DNA of 64,000 nt. It comes from Acutalibacteraceae bacterium. GTDB lineage: Bacteria; Actinomycetota; Coriobacteriia; Coriobacteriales; QAMH01. The position numbers and the translations under genes are program-made. Shown here in pieces: positions 8,708-18,147 of the stretch. The notes below the pieces were generated by a model, which searched no databases, was not told where the DNA came from, and saw nothing but the letters and a program-made list of their open reading frames with translations. Numbering within the stretch: the stretch's first letter is position 1; each line of letters starts with the position of its first letter. The stretch is from positions 6,751 to 70,750 of the forward strand of contig CAVDAL010000120.1 of NCBI GenBank assembly GCA_963606965.1, written 5' to 3'.

Positions 8708-10333
8708 TTATTTAGCAGCTTGTGCTGCTTCAGCTTCAGGAACATAATTGCCTGCTTCAAATTCCTTGACATCATTAAGATATTTTTTGCCAACAGTCAT
8801 TCTTAAAACAAAGACAGTTGCAACAGTCAAGACAACGCCAATTATCAAGCAAATAACAGCATTTTGAATAATACCAGCAATAATAAACATCACAAAGCTT
8901 ATGCAAGCAACAGTGATTGCATAAGGCAACTGTGTTGAAACATGCTCGATGTGGTTAACATTTGCACCAGCAGAAGCCATAATTGTTGTATCTGAAATTG
9001 GGCTGCAGTGGTCACCACAAACAGCACCTGCCAAACAAGCAGAAATACCAATCATCAAAAGATTTGAATCGTTTGTAAAGATTGGCAAAACAATTGGGAT
9101 CAAAATGCCGAATGTACCCCAGCTTGTACCTGTTGCAAAAGCAAGGATGCAAGCAACAACGAAGATAATTGCAGGAAGCATCATAAATAAGCCTTCTGCT
9201 GCGCCTTCCATCAAACCAGCAACAAACACATCTGCGCCAAGAGCAGTTGTTGTTAACTTCAAAGTCAAAGCAAATGTAAGGATGAGCAAAGCAGGAACCA
9301 TTGCGCGGAAGCCGTCGCAGATGCATTCCATTGCTTCTTTAAATTTAAAAACGCGGCGAATAAGCAAATAAATAAATGTCAAGATAAGGCTGATTAATGA
9401 GCCCCAAGGCAAACCAACTGATGCGTCTGTATTTGCAAATGCAAGTGAAAGTGAATGATAGCCTTCAGCTCCCGAATCCCAGAATCCACCAACATACATC
9501 ATGCCTAAGATGCAGAAAACAATAAGCAAAATTACTGGCAAAATCATATCCCACAAAGATGCTTTTGGATTATCAAGCTTTTCTTCATCGCCAAGGCTGC
9601 CAAGCAAGCCTTCTCTGTATGCTGCAAGTTCTGACTTTGCCATCGGGCCGTAATCGAACTTCATGAAGATAATTGAAATAACAAAAACAATAGTTAAAAG
9701 CGAATAGAAGTTATAAGGAATAGCACGAACAAAAAGCTGAATTCCTGTAATACCAGTATTCAAATCTGCAGCAGTTGCAGAAACAGCAGCAGCCCATGAT
9801 GAAATTGGAGCAATCATGCAAATTGGAGCAGCTGTTGCGTCGATAATATAAGAAAGCTTTGCACGTGAAACTTTCTTGCTGTCTGTTACAGGACGCATAA
9901 CAGCGCCAACAGTCAAGCAGTTGAAGTAGTCGTCTACAAAGATTAAAACACCAAGAATAAATGTTGCAAAAACTGAACCAGCACGTGAATGAATATGCTT
10001 TGCAGCCCAATTGCCAAATGCAGCAGAGCCGCCAGCTTTGTTAATAAGTGCGACAGTAATTCCAAGAATAATCAGGAATATAAAAATACCTGCATTCCAT
10101 GAATCACTGATTGCATGAATGAAGCCAAGGCTGCTTGGGTCAGAGCCTTCCGATGTAACAACTTCATTACTAATAATATTATTAAGTGTTTCAATTGGGT
10201 CAAAGCCTGCAAGAAGCAAGGCTCCAACAAGCACGCCAACAAAAAGCGAGCTAAATGTTTCCTTGGTAATCAAAGCTAAAACAATGGCTACCAAAGGTGG
10301 GACTAAAGCCCATGCGGTTCCGAAAAATTCCAT
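8708..10333 (-). CDS. NhaC-family transporter (LysW-type candidate lysine transporter)
   Basis: This is a polytopic membrane protein with an NhaC-like N-terminus (MEFFGTAWALVPPLVAIVLALITKE). The start is the ATG at 10333, preceded by GGGAGGAA. A lysine riboswitch lies directly upstream. Confidence 0.85.
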   Translation of the reverse strand: MEFFGTAWALVPPLVAIVLALITKETFSSLFVGVLVGALLLAGFDPIETLNNIISNEVVTSEGSDPSSLGFIHAISDSWNAGIFIFLIILGITVALINKAGGSAAFGNWAAKHIHSRAGSVFATFILGVLIFVDDYFNCLTVGAVMRPVTDSKKVSRAKLSYIIDATAAPICMIAPISSWAAAVSATAADLNTGITGIQLFVRAIPYNFYSLLTIVFVISIIFMKFDYGPMAKSELAAYREGLLGSLGDEEKLDNPKASLWDMILPVILLIVFCILGMMYVGGFWDSGAEGYHSLSLAFANTDASVGLPWGSLISLILTFIYLLIRRVFKFKEAMECICDGFRAMVPALLILTFALTLKLTTTALGADVFVAGLMEGAAEGLFMMLPAIIFVVACILAFATGTSWGTFGILIPIVLPIFTNDSNLLMIGISACLAGAVCGDHCSPISDTTIMASAGANVNHIEHVSTQLPYAITVACISFVMFIIAGIIQNAVICLIIGVVLTVATVFVLRMTVGKKYLNDVKEFEAGNYVPEAEAAQAAK

Positions 10334-10345
10334 ATTTCCTCCCAT

Positions 10346-10376
10346 AAAAAAATAATAAGCCATGACAGTTCATGGC
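10346..10376 (-). terminator. Riboswitch expression-platform terminator
   Basis: On the minus strand AAGCCATGA-ACTG-TCATGGCTT is followed by ATTATTTTTTT. The sequence CTGTCATGG also occurs in the 3' strand of the aptamer P1 helix, which allows alternative pairing. Confidence 0.6.
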
Positions 10377-10570
10377 TTGCAGGAATCTTTCTTCACGCAG
10401 ACCATGACAGCTCTCCACTTTCGCGACAGTGTTCAAGATATTCTCTTAAACCCCAGGTGTTAAAGCAACGGATTTTACTTCAACCCTTCGGCAGCATTCC
10501 CTCTTTGCTTATCCAAGATGTTTCCGCTTGATGCGATAAGCAATTCTTGTTTGCTGCGCCTCTATCATGT
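10377..10570 (-). promoter_or_regulatory. Lysine riboswitch (L-box)
   Basis: The minus strand reads GATAGAGGCGCAGC...GAGGGAATGCTGCCGAAGG...CCTGGGG...ACTGTCGCGAAAGTGGAGAGCTGTCATGG. This matches the conserved L-box blocks AGAGGNGC, GCCGAAG, CUGG and CUGUCA as I recall them from B. subtilis lysC. Confidence 0.8.
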
Positions 10571-10593
10571 CTTTTTTCAAAATGCTTTTTCAG

Positions 10594-10620
10594 ATTATAT
10601 GAAGATGAACATTTTGTGAA
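10594..10620 (-). promoter_or_regulatory. Candidate promoter for the riboswitch-nhaC transcript
   Basis: On the minus strand TTCACA (10615..10620) and a perfect TATAAT (10594..10599) are separated by a short 15-nt spacer. The pair lies about 25 nt upstream of the aptamer. Confidence 0.4.
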
Positions 10621-10687
10621 GAAACTATGAGCCTTTACTCATATAAACGGCGCATTATTGCGATAACCTGTGCAAATAATTCCATGA

Positions 10688-10727
10688 AATAGAAAAGCGC
10701 GGAAACTTCAATTTGAAATTTCCGCGC
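10688..10727 (-). terminator. Intrinsic terminator after the suf genes
   Basis: On the minus strand the hairpin GCGCGGAAATTTCAAATTGAAGTTTCCGCGC is followed by TTTTCTATTT. Confidence 0.7.
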
Positions 10728-10760
10728 CTGAACAGTCCGCATGTTTTGCAGCAAAATTAA

Positions 10761-11711
10761 TTAAGACAAGAAGTCATCCAGAATTTGTTGTTCAGCTTCT
10801 TCTTCACTCAAACCTAAAGTCATAAGCTTGATGAGCTGTTCACCGCCAATCTTACCAATTGCAGCTTCGTGGAAAAGCTGAGCATCTGGACAAGCAGCCT
10901 CAATTGCTGGAACAGATTTAACGCGAGCGTTACCCATCAAAATTGCATCGCATTGAACGTGTCCACGGCAAGCAGCATTACCAGTGACAAGTGGTTGGAA
11001 AACTTGAACAGATTCATCTTGAGCAACAGAGCGGCTTATAACTTGAACAGATGCATCATCGCCATTCATGGTGAGTTTAATATTGCTATCTGCATGTTGT
11101 TTACCATGAGTAAGCAAACGCTCTTCAATGACAAGCTTAGCTTTAGCTTCCAAAACAGCTTCAGTTTCACGCACTGTTGAATCAACACCGCGAAGCTGAA
11201 TCATTTCCATTTCACAAGTTGAGCCTTCATCCATATAAACTTTAGTGACAGGATTCAAAACGCATTCACCTGTTGCATCTGCGCCCTTTTCACCATAATG
11301 CTTTTCAATATATTTAACATGAGCATTCTTGCCAATATGAAATGTGTGAATACCATCATGCTGCGACTTTTCATTGCCACTATTATGAATGCCACAACCA
11401 GCAACAATTGTTATATCTGCGTCGTCGCCAATAAAGAAATCATTATAAACAAGATCTGTCATGCCAGTTTTTGTCATAATTACTGGAATATGACATACTT
11501 CCTTTTTAGCGCCAGGCTTTACATGAATTTCAATTCCAGGTTTACCATCAGATTGAGCAACAATATCAATATTTGCGCCTTGATTACGAACTAAAGCTTC
11601 ACCATCTTTGCGAATGTTATAAGCATTTGTTGGAAGAGCATGCAAGTCTGCAATCTGTGCTAATAAATCTTCGCCAATTTCATCCAAGATTTTATTTAAA
11701 CTTTCAGCCAT
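10761..11711 (-). CDS. SufB/SufD-family Fe-S cluster scaffold protein (short form)
   Basis: The 316-aa ORF has SufBD beta-helix-like repeats (HIGKNAHVKYIEKHYG, LMGNARVKSVPAIEA, HEAAIGKIGGEQL). It starts 3 nt downstream of sufC. Confidence 0.75.
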   Translation of the reverse strand: MAESLNKILDEIGEDLLAQIADLHALPTNAYNIRKDGEALVRNQGANIDIVAQSDGKPGIEIHVKPGAKKEVCHIPVIMTKTGMTDLVYNDFFIGDDADITIVAGCGIHNSGNEKSQHDGIHTFHIGKNAHVKYIEKHYGEKGADATGECVLNPVTKVYMDEGSTCEMEMIQLRGVDSTVRETEAVLEAKAKLVIEERLLTHGKQHADSNIKLTMNGDDASVQVISRSVAQDESVQVFQPLVTGNAACRGHVQCDAILMGNARVKSVPAIEAACPDAQLFHEAAIGKIGGEQLIKLMTLGLSEEEAEQQILDDFLS

Positions 11712-11714
11712 GGC

Positions 11715-12482
11715 TTACTCTCCTTCCAAATCAATATCAAATTCTGGAACAGTTAAAGTGCAATTAGGGTTTGCAACACGCGCAGAAAATCCAAGTTTTG
11801 ACATCATTTCACTCGGAGCACCAGTTTGCGCAACAGCACCATTTTCAATTAAAACAATTTCATCTGCTAATTGAATGATACGTTCCTGGTGACTAATAAT
11901 AATGATTGAACGACCGCCTTTCGCTTCATGAATTTCACGGAAAGTTCCAGTCAACTTTTCAAAACTCCATAAATCAATTCCGGCTTCAGGTTCATCATAA
12001 ATAGCAAGCTTTGGGTCGCGCGCAAGAATTGATGCAATTTCAATGCGCTTAACTTCACCACCAGACAGGCTTTTATCAACCTCTCTATTCAGATAATCTG
12101 CACTGCAAAGTCCAACCTTTGTTAAATATTCATTGCACTGGCTGCGCTTCAATTTGCCACCAGCAGCAATTTGCAAAAGCTTACTGACTTTCATTCCTTT
12201 AAAACGAGCAGGCTGTTGGAATCCATAGCCAATTCCAAGACGAGCGCGTTCATGAATTGGCATATCAACAATTGATGTACCATTAAATAAAATGTCGCCA
12301 CTTGTTGGTTTTTCAATGCCCATAATAAGTCTGGCCAATGTTGTTTTGCCAGAGCCATTTGGACCTGTTATAACTACAAACTTATCATCTTCAACAGTTA
12401 AGTTTAAGTGGTTGATAATGTTTTTAGTTTTGCCTGTGTTTTCTGCTTTTACGCTAAAACATAAGTCTTTAATTTCTAACAT
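11715..12482 (-). CDS. sufC: Fe-S cluster assembly ATPase SufC
   Basis: Walker A is GPNGSGKTT, the ABC signature is LSGGEVKRIEI and Walker B is AIYDEPEAGID. At 255 aa the size is typical of SufC. Confidence 0.85.
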   Translation of the reverse strand: MLEIKDLCFSVKAENTGKTKNIINHLNLTVEDDKFVVITGPNGSGKTTLARLIMGIEKPTSGDILFNGTSIVDMPIHERARLGIGYGFQQPARFKGMKVSKLLQIAAGGKLKRSQCNEYLTKVGLCSADYLNREVDKSLSGGEVKRIEIASILARDPKLAIYDEPEAGIDLWSFEKLTGTFREIHEAKGGRSIIIISHQERIIQLADEIVLIENGAVAQTGAPSEMMSKLGFSARVANPNCTLTVPEFDIDLEGE

Positions 12483-12626
12483 TTTTAAAAACTTCTCCCA
12501 TCTAAATTAACCCTCGGAGCAGTATATCACCTGTTCTATAAATTAAAACAAAGCACTCGTAAAGTGAATGATTTGTTACCTCGCTGTTATGTATATCATA
12601 TCTATAAAAATTTGTATATAAAAATA

Positions 12627-13529
12627 TCAAACTCCCTCATAATCAAATGCTGGAATGAATGATTCTTGTGCAGTGTCGCCAACTTGGCAAAATGAATCTT
12701 CAAAGCCTAGCTCTACAGCATAATCAAGCAACTCATCATAATCATTATCTGTTACTTTGAGTGCTAATTCTGGAAATTTGCTTGCGATATCTTGAGGCGG
12801 TGTATATTGATTCATAATGCTAAGTTGAATATCTTTTGCATATGGTTTTTGCGACAAAAGTTTAATCACACGTTTTGAGTCATCAAGATGAGTTGGCAAA
12901 AGAAGGTGTCTTACAATAATGCCACGTTTCATTAATTCGTCGCCTTCGCCCAAGCGCACAGCACCTACAAGTTCAAACATCGCATCCAAAGCAGCAGATG
13001 CAACTTCAGGATAATTGAAAGCAGCAGAATATTTTTTTGCTAGCTCAGAACTTGCATATTTAAAGTCCGTTAAGAAAATATCTACATAGCCACTAAGAAG
13101 CTTGATTGTTTCAACAGATTCATAGCCACTTGTATTATAAACAATAGGAATATGTAAATCATTGCTTCTTGCAATTTCAATTGCAGAGATAATTTGCTGA
13201 ACAAAATGCGTTGGAGTTACAAGATTGATATTATTTGCGCCTTTTTCCTGAAGCTCAATAAAAATCTGAGCAAGCCGCTCAATACTTACAACTTTGCCAA
13301 TTTTATTTCTTGCAATATCTGCATTTTGGCAATAGACGCACTTTAATGTGCAACCAGAAAAAAAGACTGTTCCGCTTCCACTTTCACCAGAAATTGTTGG
13401 TTCTTCCCAAAAATGCAAGGCTGCGCGAGCAAGCCGCACATCATTTGTTTCACCGCATATGCCAAGGCTGCCAGCTTTTCGCAAAGCTAAGCAGCCTCTT
13501 GGACATAATTCACACTTAGTATTATTCAT
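12627..13529 (-). CDS. Radical SAM protein, PflX/COG1313-like (activase-related)
   Basis: An N-terminal Cys cluster (CELCPRGC...GICG) is followed by the radical-SAM motif CTLKCVYCQN. The gene abuts the gatB stop codon. Confidence 0.75.
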   Translation of the reverse strand: MNNTKCELCPRGCLALRKAGSLGICGETNDVRLARAALHFWEEPTISGESGSGTVFFSGCTLKCVYCQNADIARNKIGKVVSIERLAQIFIELQEKGANNINLVTPTHFVQQIISAIEIARSNDLHIPIVYNTSGYESVETIKLLSGYVDIFLTDFKYASSELAKKYSAAFNYPEVASAALDAMFELVGAVRLGEGDELMKRGIIVRHLLLPTHLDDSKRVIKLLSQKPYAKDIQLSIMNQYTPPQDIASKFPELALKVTDNDYDELLDYAVELGFEDSFCQVGDTAQESFIPAFDYEGV

Positions 13530-15062
13530 TTAACCTTGCAACATTCGAGCAACAATTTCACTGATTACTTTAGGGTTGCCTTGGCCTGCCATTTTCTTCA
13601 TCAACTGTCCCATGAAGAAACCTTGCAAGCCAGTTTTACCAGCTCTATATGCTTCAACTTTATCCATATTTGCATCCATTAGTTCTTGCATATAAGCTTC
13701 AATTTCTGCTGAATCAGTCTTTTGCAGCATGCCATGTTCTTCAACATATTTTGAAACATCAATATTATCTTTAAGCAATGCAGCAAAAACTTCTTTACCT
13801 TGCTTTGAGCCAATTGAATCATCTGCCAAAAGTTCAGCCAACTTTGCCAAAGATGCAGGTTCGATATTTAAGTCGCAAAGTTCGCAAGATTCTTCCTTCA
13901 AATAATTCGGAAGATCATTAATCAAAAGATTTGCAATCTTTTTTGCAACTGCATCATCTTTGCCATCAGCACAAGCTTCAAACAAAGCGCCAACTTCAAC
14001 ATCTCCTGCAAGCTCTGAAGCATCATATTTCGGAAGCGACCAAGTTTCCATATAGCGTTCGCATTTCTGATCAGGAAGTTCAGGAAGCTTTGCGCGAACA
14101 CCTTCAATAAATTCGTCGCTCAAATCAAATGGAGCTAAATCAGGATCTGGGAACATGCGATAGTCGTCTGCTGTTTCTTTAACGCGCATGACAATTGTGC
14201 GCTTTGCACTAGGCTCCCAATGGCGAGTTTCTTGGCGAATTGTACCGCCATTTTCCAAGACTTCTGCCTGGCGGCGAATTTCATATGCAAGACCATCATG
14301 CAAATTCTTAAATGAATTCATGTTTTTAAGCTCGGTCTTTGTTCCAAATTCTTTTGCTCCACGACGGCGCAAGCTAACATTGCCATCGCAACGCATGCTG
14401 CCTTCTTCCATAGAACAATCTGAAATTCCAATTGCAAGATAAATCTGACGAAGCTTTTGCATGAAAAGCCTTGCTTCTTCAGGAGTGCGCAAATCAGGCT
14501 CTGTTACAAGTTCAATCAAAGGAGTGCCAGCACGATTGTAGTCTACCAGCGAATATTCAGCGCCACTAATGCGTCCTTCTGCACCGCCCTTGTGAACCAT
14601 CTTGCCAGCGTCTTCTTCCATATGAATACGCGTAATCCCAATGTGGGCTGTATAGCTGCCATCTTCATTTTTATCAATATCTGAACGTTCAGCAGCAGCA
14701 ATGCTTGGAACTTCAACATCCAAATGTCCGCGCATGCAAAAGGCTTTTGGGCCTTGAGTTGTTTGGAAATTCTTTGCCATATCAGGATAAAAATATCCCT
14801 TGCGATAAAACATCGTTCGCTTTTCAATATCGCAATTTGTTGCAAGGCCCGCCAAAACAATGCTTTCAATAGCCGCTTTGTTTGGAACAGGCAAAGCACC
14901 AGGCATACCCAAGCAAACAGGACATGTATGAGTATTAGGATCTGCACCAAATTCAATTGGGCAAGAACAAAACATTTTTGTCTTTAATGTTGTTAATTCA
15001 GCATGTATTTCAAGGCCAATTACAGCTTCCCAATCTTTTAAAACTTCTTGAAGCTCTTTCAT
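13530..15062 (-). CDS. gatB: Asp/Glu-tRNA amidotransferase subunit B
   Basis: The 510-aa ORF has the N-terminus WEAVIGLEIHAELTT..KMFCSC and a C-terminal YqeY-like tail. It is last in the order gatC-gatA-gatB. Confidence 0.95.
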   Translation of the reverse strand: MKELQEVLKDWEAVIGLEIHAELTTLKTKMFCSCPIEFGADPNTHTCPVCLGMPGALPVPNKAAIESIVLAGLATNCDIEKRTMFYRKGYFYPDMAKNFQTTQGPKAFCMRGHLDVEVPSIAAAERSDIDKNEDGSYTAHIGITRIHMEEDAGKMVHKGGAEGRISGAEYSLVDYNRAGTPLIELVTEPDLRTPEEARLFMQKLRQIYLAIGISDCSMEEGSMRCDGNVSLRRRGAKEFGTKTELKNMNSFKNLHDGLAYEIRRQAEVLENGGTIRQETRHWEPSAKRTIVMRVKETADDYRMFPDPDLAPFDLSDEFIEGVRAKLPELPDQKCERYMETWSLPKYDASELAGDVEVGALFEACADGKDDAVAKKIANLLINDLPNYLKEESCELCDLNIEPASLAKLAELLADDSIGSKQGKEVFAALLKDNIDVSKYVEEHGMLQKTDSAEIEAYMQELMDANMDKVEAYRAGKTGLQGFFMGQLMKKMAGQGNPKVISEIVARMLQG

Positions 15063-16531
15063 TATTCTGCCACCTCACATGCACCAACTTTGCCCTTCAT
15101 GTCGCATTCTGCTTCCAATGCAGCGCCAACGCGCAATATCAATTCATCATGGAATTGAGGGCCAATAATTTGAAGACCAACAGGCAAGTTTGTATCTTTG
15201 CCAAGACCTATTGGCAAGCTCATTCCGCCATTTCCGGCAATATTAATGCTGATTGTATAAACATCTGAAAGATACATTGTTGCTGGGTCAGAAACTTCAC
15301 CAAAAGCAAATGCTGTGCGCGGTGAAGTTGGTATAACAATAGTGTCTACCTGCTCAAATGCTTTTGAATAATCCTGCGTGATAAGTGTTCTTACCTGCTG
15401 TGCTGGATAATAATATTTGTCATAAACACCACTTGCAAGTAAATAGCCGCCAAGCAAAATGCGGCGCTTTGCTTCTGTACCAAAACCCTGCGCTCGGGAA
15501 TCTTCATAGCGCTGTTCAAGATTTTTTGCATCAACACAATGGCCATAGCGAACAGAATCGAAACGACTTAAATTACTGAATGCTTCGCAAGGACCCAAAA
15601 CATAATATGAACTGATAGCTTCAGCTGCATGCGGAAGTTCAACTTCGATAATTTCTGCACCCAAAGCCTCAAGCTTTTTAACAGCTTCTTCAAAGCAGTC
15701 GCGAACTTCAGCAGTCAAGCCATCTAAATTCATCAATGAAGGAACAATGCCAATCTTCATGCCACTGACGCCTTCACTCAAATTTTGAGTGAAATCTATT
15801 GTGCATTCTTGGCTTGTGCAATCAAGCGGGTCACGCCCACTAATTGCATTTAAACAAATTGCTGCATCTTCAACATTGCGAGCAAATGGACCAACTTGGT
15901 CAAGAGAAGAACCAAAAGCAACAACACCATATCTGCTAACAAGGCCATAGCTTGGCTTCAAACCAATAACGCCACAAAAAGAGCCAGGCTGACGAATTGA
16001 ACCGCCCGTATCTGAACCAAGAGAGACAGTAGCCATTCCAGCTGCTACGCACGCCGCTGAACCACCAGAAGAACCGCCAGGAACTTTGGATAAATCCCAA
16101 GGATTTTTTGTTGTTCCAAAATAGCTTGTTTCTGTTGAAGAGCCAAAAGCAAATTCATCCATGTTTGTTTTGCCTAAAGGAATGCCACCAGCTTCCAAAG
16201 CATTTGAAACACAAGTAGCATCAAATGTACTTTCATAATCTTTAAGCATCAATGAACCGCATGTTGTATGAGTCTTGCGCAAATTCATATTATCTTTAAT
16301 TCCAAAAGGAATACCACTTAAAGCTTTAAGCTGCTTGCCTGCTGAAATTTCTTCATCAACTTTTGCAGCTTGTTCATATGCAAGCTCTGGTGTTAATTCA
16401 AGAAAAGCATGGACAGCTTCTTCCTTCTTCTTAATTTCTTCAAAAGCAGCATCTGTTAGCTCTTTTGCGCTGAATTCTTTAGAACGCAAGCCACTTTGAA
16501 TTTGTGCAATGGAAAGTTCAGAATAATTCAT
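15062..16531 (-). CDS. gatA: Asp/Glu-tRNA amidotransferase subunit A
   Basis: The amidase signature GGSSGGSAACVAAG and GSDTGGSIRQP are present. The gene overlaps each neighbour by 1 nt. Confidence 0.95.
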   Translation of the reverse strand: MNYSELSIAQIQSGLRSKEFSAKELTDAAFEEIKKKEEAVHAFLELTPELAYEQAAKVDEEISAGKQLKALSGIPFGIKDNMNLRKTHTTCGSLMLKDYESTFDATCVSNALEAGGIPLGKTNMDEFAFGSSTETSYFGTTKNPWDLSKVPGGSSGGSAACVAAGMATVSLGSDTGGSIRQPGSFCGVIGLKPSYGLVSRYGVVAFGSSLDQVGPFARNVEDAAICLNAISGRDPLDCTSQECTIDFTQNLSEGVSGMKIGIVPSLMNLDGLTAEVRDCFEEAVKKLEALGAEIIEVELPHAAEAISSYYVLGPCEAFSNLSRFDSVRYGHCVDAKNLEQRYEDSRAQGFGTEAKRRILLGGYLLASGVYDKYYYPAQQVRTLITQDYSKAFEQVDTIVIPTSPRTAFAFGEVSDPATMYLSDVYTISINIAGNGGMSLPIGLGKDTNLPVGLQIIGPQFHDELILRVGAALEAECDMKGKVGACEVAE

Positions 16532-16836
16532 TATCTGTCACCTTCCCCACCAAGAATTGAAGGAATTTCAAAGCAGCCATCCTGTACAGACTTGCTATTG
16601 TGCAAAGCTTCATCTTTTGTGAAAGATTCGCCAATAACATCTTCACGCATGACATTACTCATATTGCCAATTGGATGAAATGTTGGCTCAACGCCTTCCA
16701 AATCATATTCAGTAATTGGCTTTAGCATTTCAATTGTATTATTCAAATCAATGGTCATTTGAGTGATTTCCTCATCACTTAAACCAATGCGAACATATTC
16801 AGCAATTGCTGCAACATCTTGTTCAGAAAGTGGCAC
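16531..16836 (-). CDS. gatC: Asp/Glu-tRNA amidotransferase subunit C
   Basis: This 101-aa ORF lies directly upstream of gatA. Its N-terminus is GatC-like (VAAIAEYVRIGLSDEE). Confidence 0.85.
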   Translation of the reverse strand: MPLSEQDVAAIAEYVRIGLSDEEITQMTIDLNNTIEMLKPITEYDLEGVEPTFHPIGNMSNVMREDVIGESFTKDEALHNSKSVQDGCFEIPSILGGEGDR

Positions 16837-18126
16837 TTAGCCCTCCTCTATACGAATTAAAATTCCAAGATTATTAACTTCTGGAAGTTCCTGTATCTTT
16901 TCCAAAGCTGCTTTTACAGAGCTTTCCTTCGTGCGATGTGTAACATATAAAACATCAACATGGTCGCCCTTGCTTGCTTCTTGAAGCATGCTCTTGATGC
17001 TCACATTATTATCAGCAAAATGCTGTGCAGTAGCAGCTAAAACGCCCGCAACATCTTTAACATTTAAGCGAATGTAATATTGAGATTCAATTTCATCAAT
17101 TGGAACAAGTGGCAAAGCGTCTGTGCATGTGCAACCAACAACTGGCGGAACATCATGACTAATATGTCTTGCAAGTTCAACAACATCACCCATAACAGCA
17201 GAAGCAGCAGCACCTGCGCCTGCTCCTTCGCCAAAAAACATCAAGTCGCCAACAGCGTCGCCTGTAACAAAAACAGCATTGTAAACGCCATTAACAGCAG
17301 CAAGCTGATGTGTGCGAGGAATCATTGTTGGGTGAACGCGAATATCAATGCCGGCATTTGTGCGATGTGCAATAGCCAAAAGCTTAATTGCATATCCAAG
17401 ATTTGCAGCATATTGAAAGTCAGTAGGTGTAACTTCGCGAATGCCTTCTGCATAAACATCATCAATAGCAACGCGACTATTAAAAGCAATTGAAGCAAGA
17501 ATTGCAATTTTTGCAGCTGCATCCAAGCCATCAACATCTGCTGTAGGGTCAGCTTCTGCATATCCAAGTTCTTGAGCTTCCTTTAAAACTTCATCATATG
17601 AACAACCCTGTGCATCCATCTTTGAAAGCATATAATTTGTTGTTCCATTCACAATGCCCAAAACATCAGAAATTTCATTGCCTGTTAAAGCATGCTTCAA
17701 TGGTTGGATAATTGGAATGCCGCCGCCAACAGCTCCTTCAAATGCAATTTCAACGCCTGCTTTGTCTGCTGCATCAAAAATTTCAGCACCTCTGCTTGCT
17801 ACCAGTGCCTTATTTGCTGTAACAACATATTTACCAGCATTCAAAGCTTCCAAAACAACATCCGCTGCAGCACCTGTGCCGCCGATAAGCTCAACAACAA
17901 TATCAACTTCAGGATTTGAAATAACATCTTTGTAAGAATCGACAATTTTATCTTCTGGAATGCCAGCTTGAATCATCTTACTTTTTGTCCTGGATGTTGC
18001 ACATGCAAGCTCTAAATCAACGCCAAGCTTGCGATTAAAGTCCTGTGCGTGTTTGGAAAGAATGTTAACTAAACCGCCACCAACTGTTCCACATCCAACT
18101 AAACCAATTTTAACCTTTCGCATCAA
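16837..18126 (-). CDS. hom: Homoserine dehydrogenase with C-terminal ACT domain
   Basis: The NAD-binding site is KIGLVGCGTVGGG. Catalytic-domain blocks include ANKALVA and GIVNGTTNYML. An ACT-like C-terminus is present. Confidence 0.9.
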   Translation of the reverse strand: MMRKVKIGLVGCGTVGGGLVNILSKHAQDFNRKLGVDLELACATSRTKSKMIQAGIPEDKIVDSYKDVISNPEVDIVVELIGGTGAAADVVLEALNAGKYVVTANKALVASRGAEIFDAADKAGVEIAFEGAVGGGIPIIQPLKHALTGNEISDVLGIVNGTTNYMLSKMDAQGCSYDEVLKEAQELGYAEADPTADVDGLDAAAKIAILASIAFNSRVAIDDVYAEGIREVTPTDFQYAANLGYAIKLLAIAHRTNAGIDIRVHPTMIPRTHQLAAVNGVYNAVFVTGDAVGDLMFFGEGAGAGAAASAVMGDVVELARHISHDVPPVVGCTCTDALPLVPIDEIESQYYIRLNVKDVAGVLAATAQHFADNNVSIKSMLQEASKGDHVDVLYVTHRTKESSVKAALEKIQELPEVNNLGILIRIEEG

Positions 18127-18147
18127 TATTCCTTCCTAAAGAATGCC

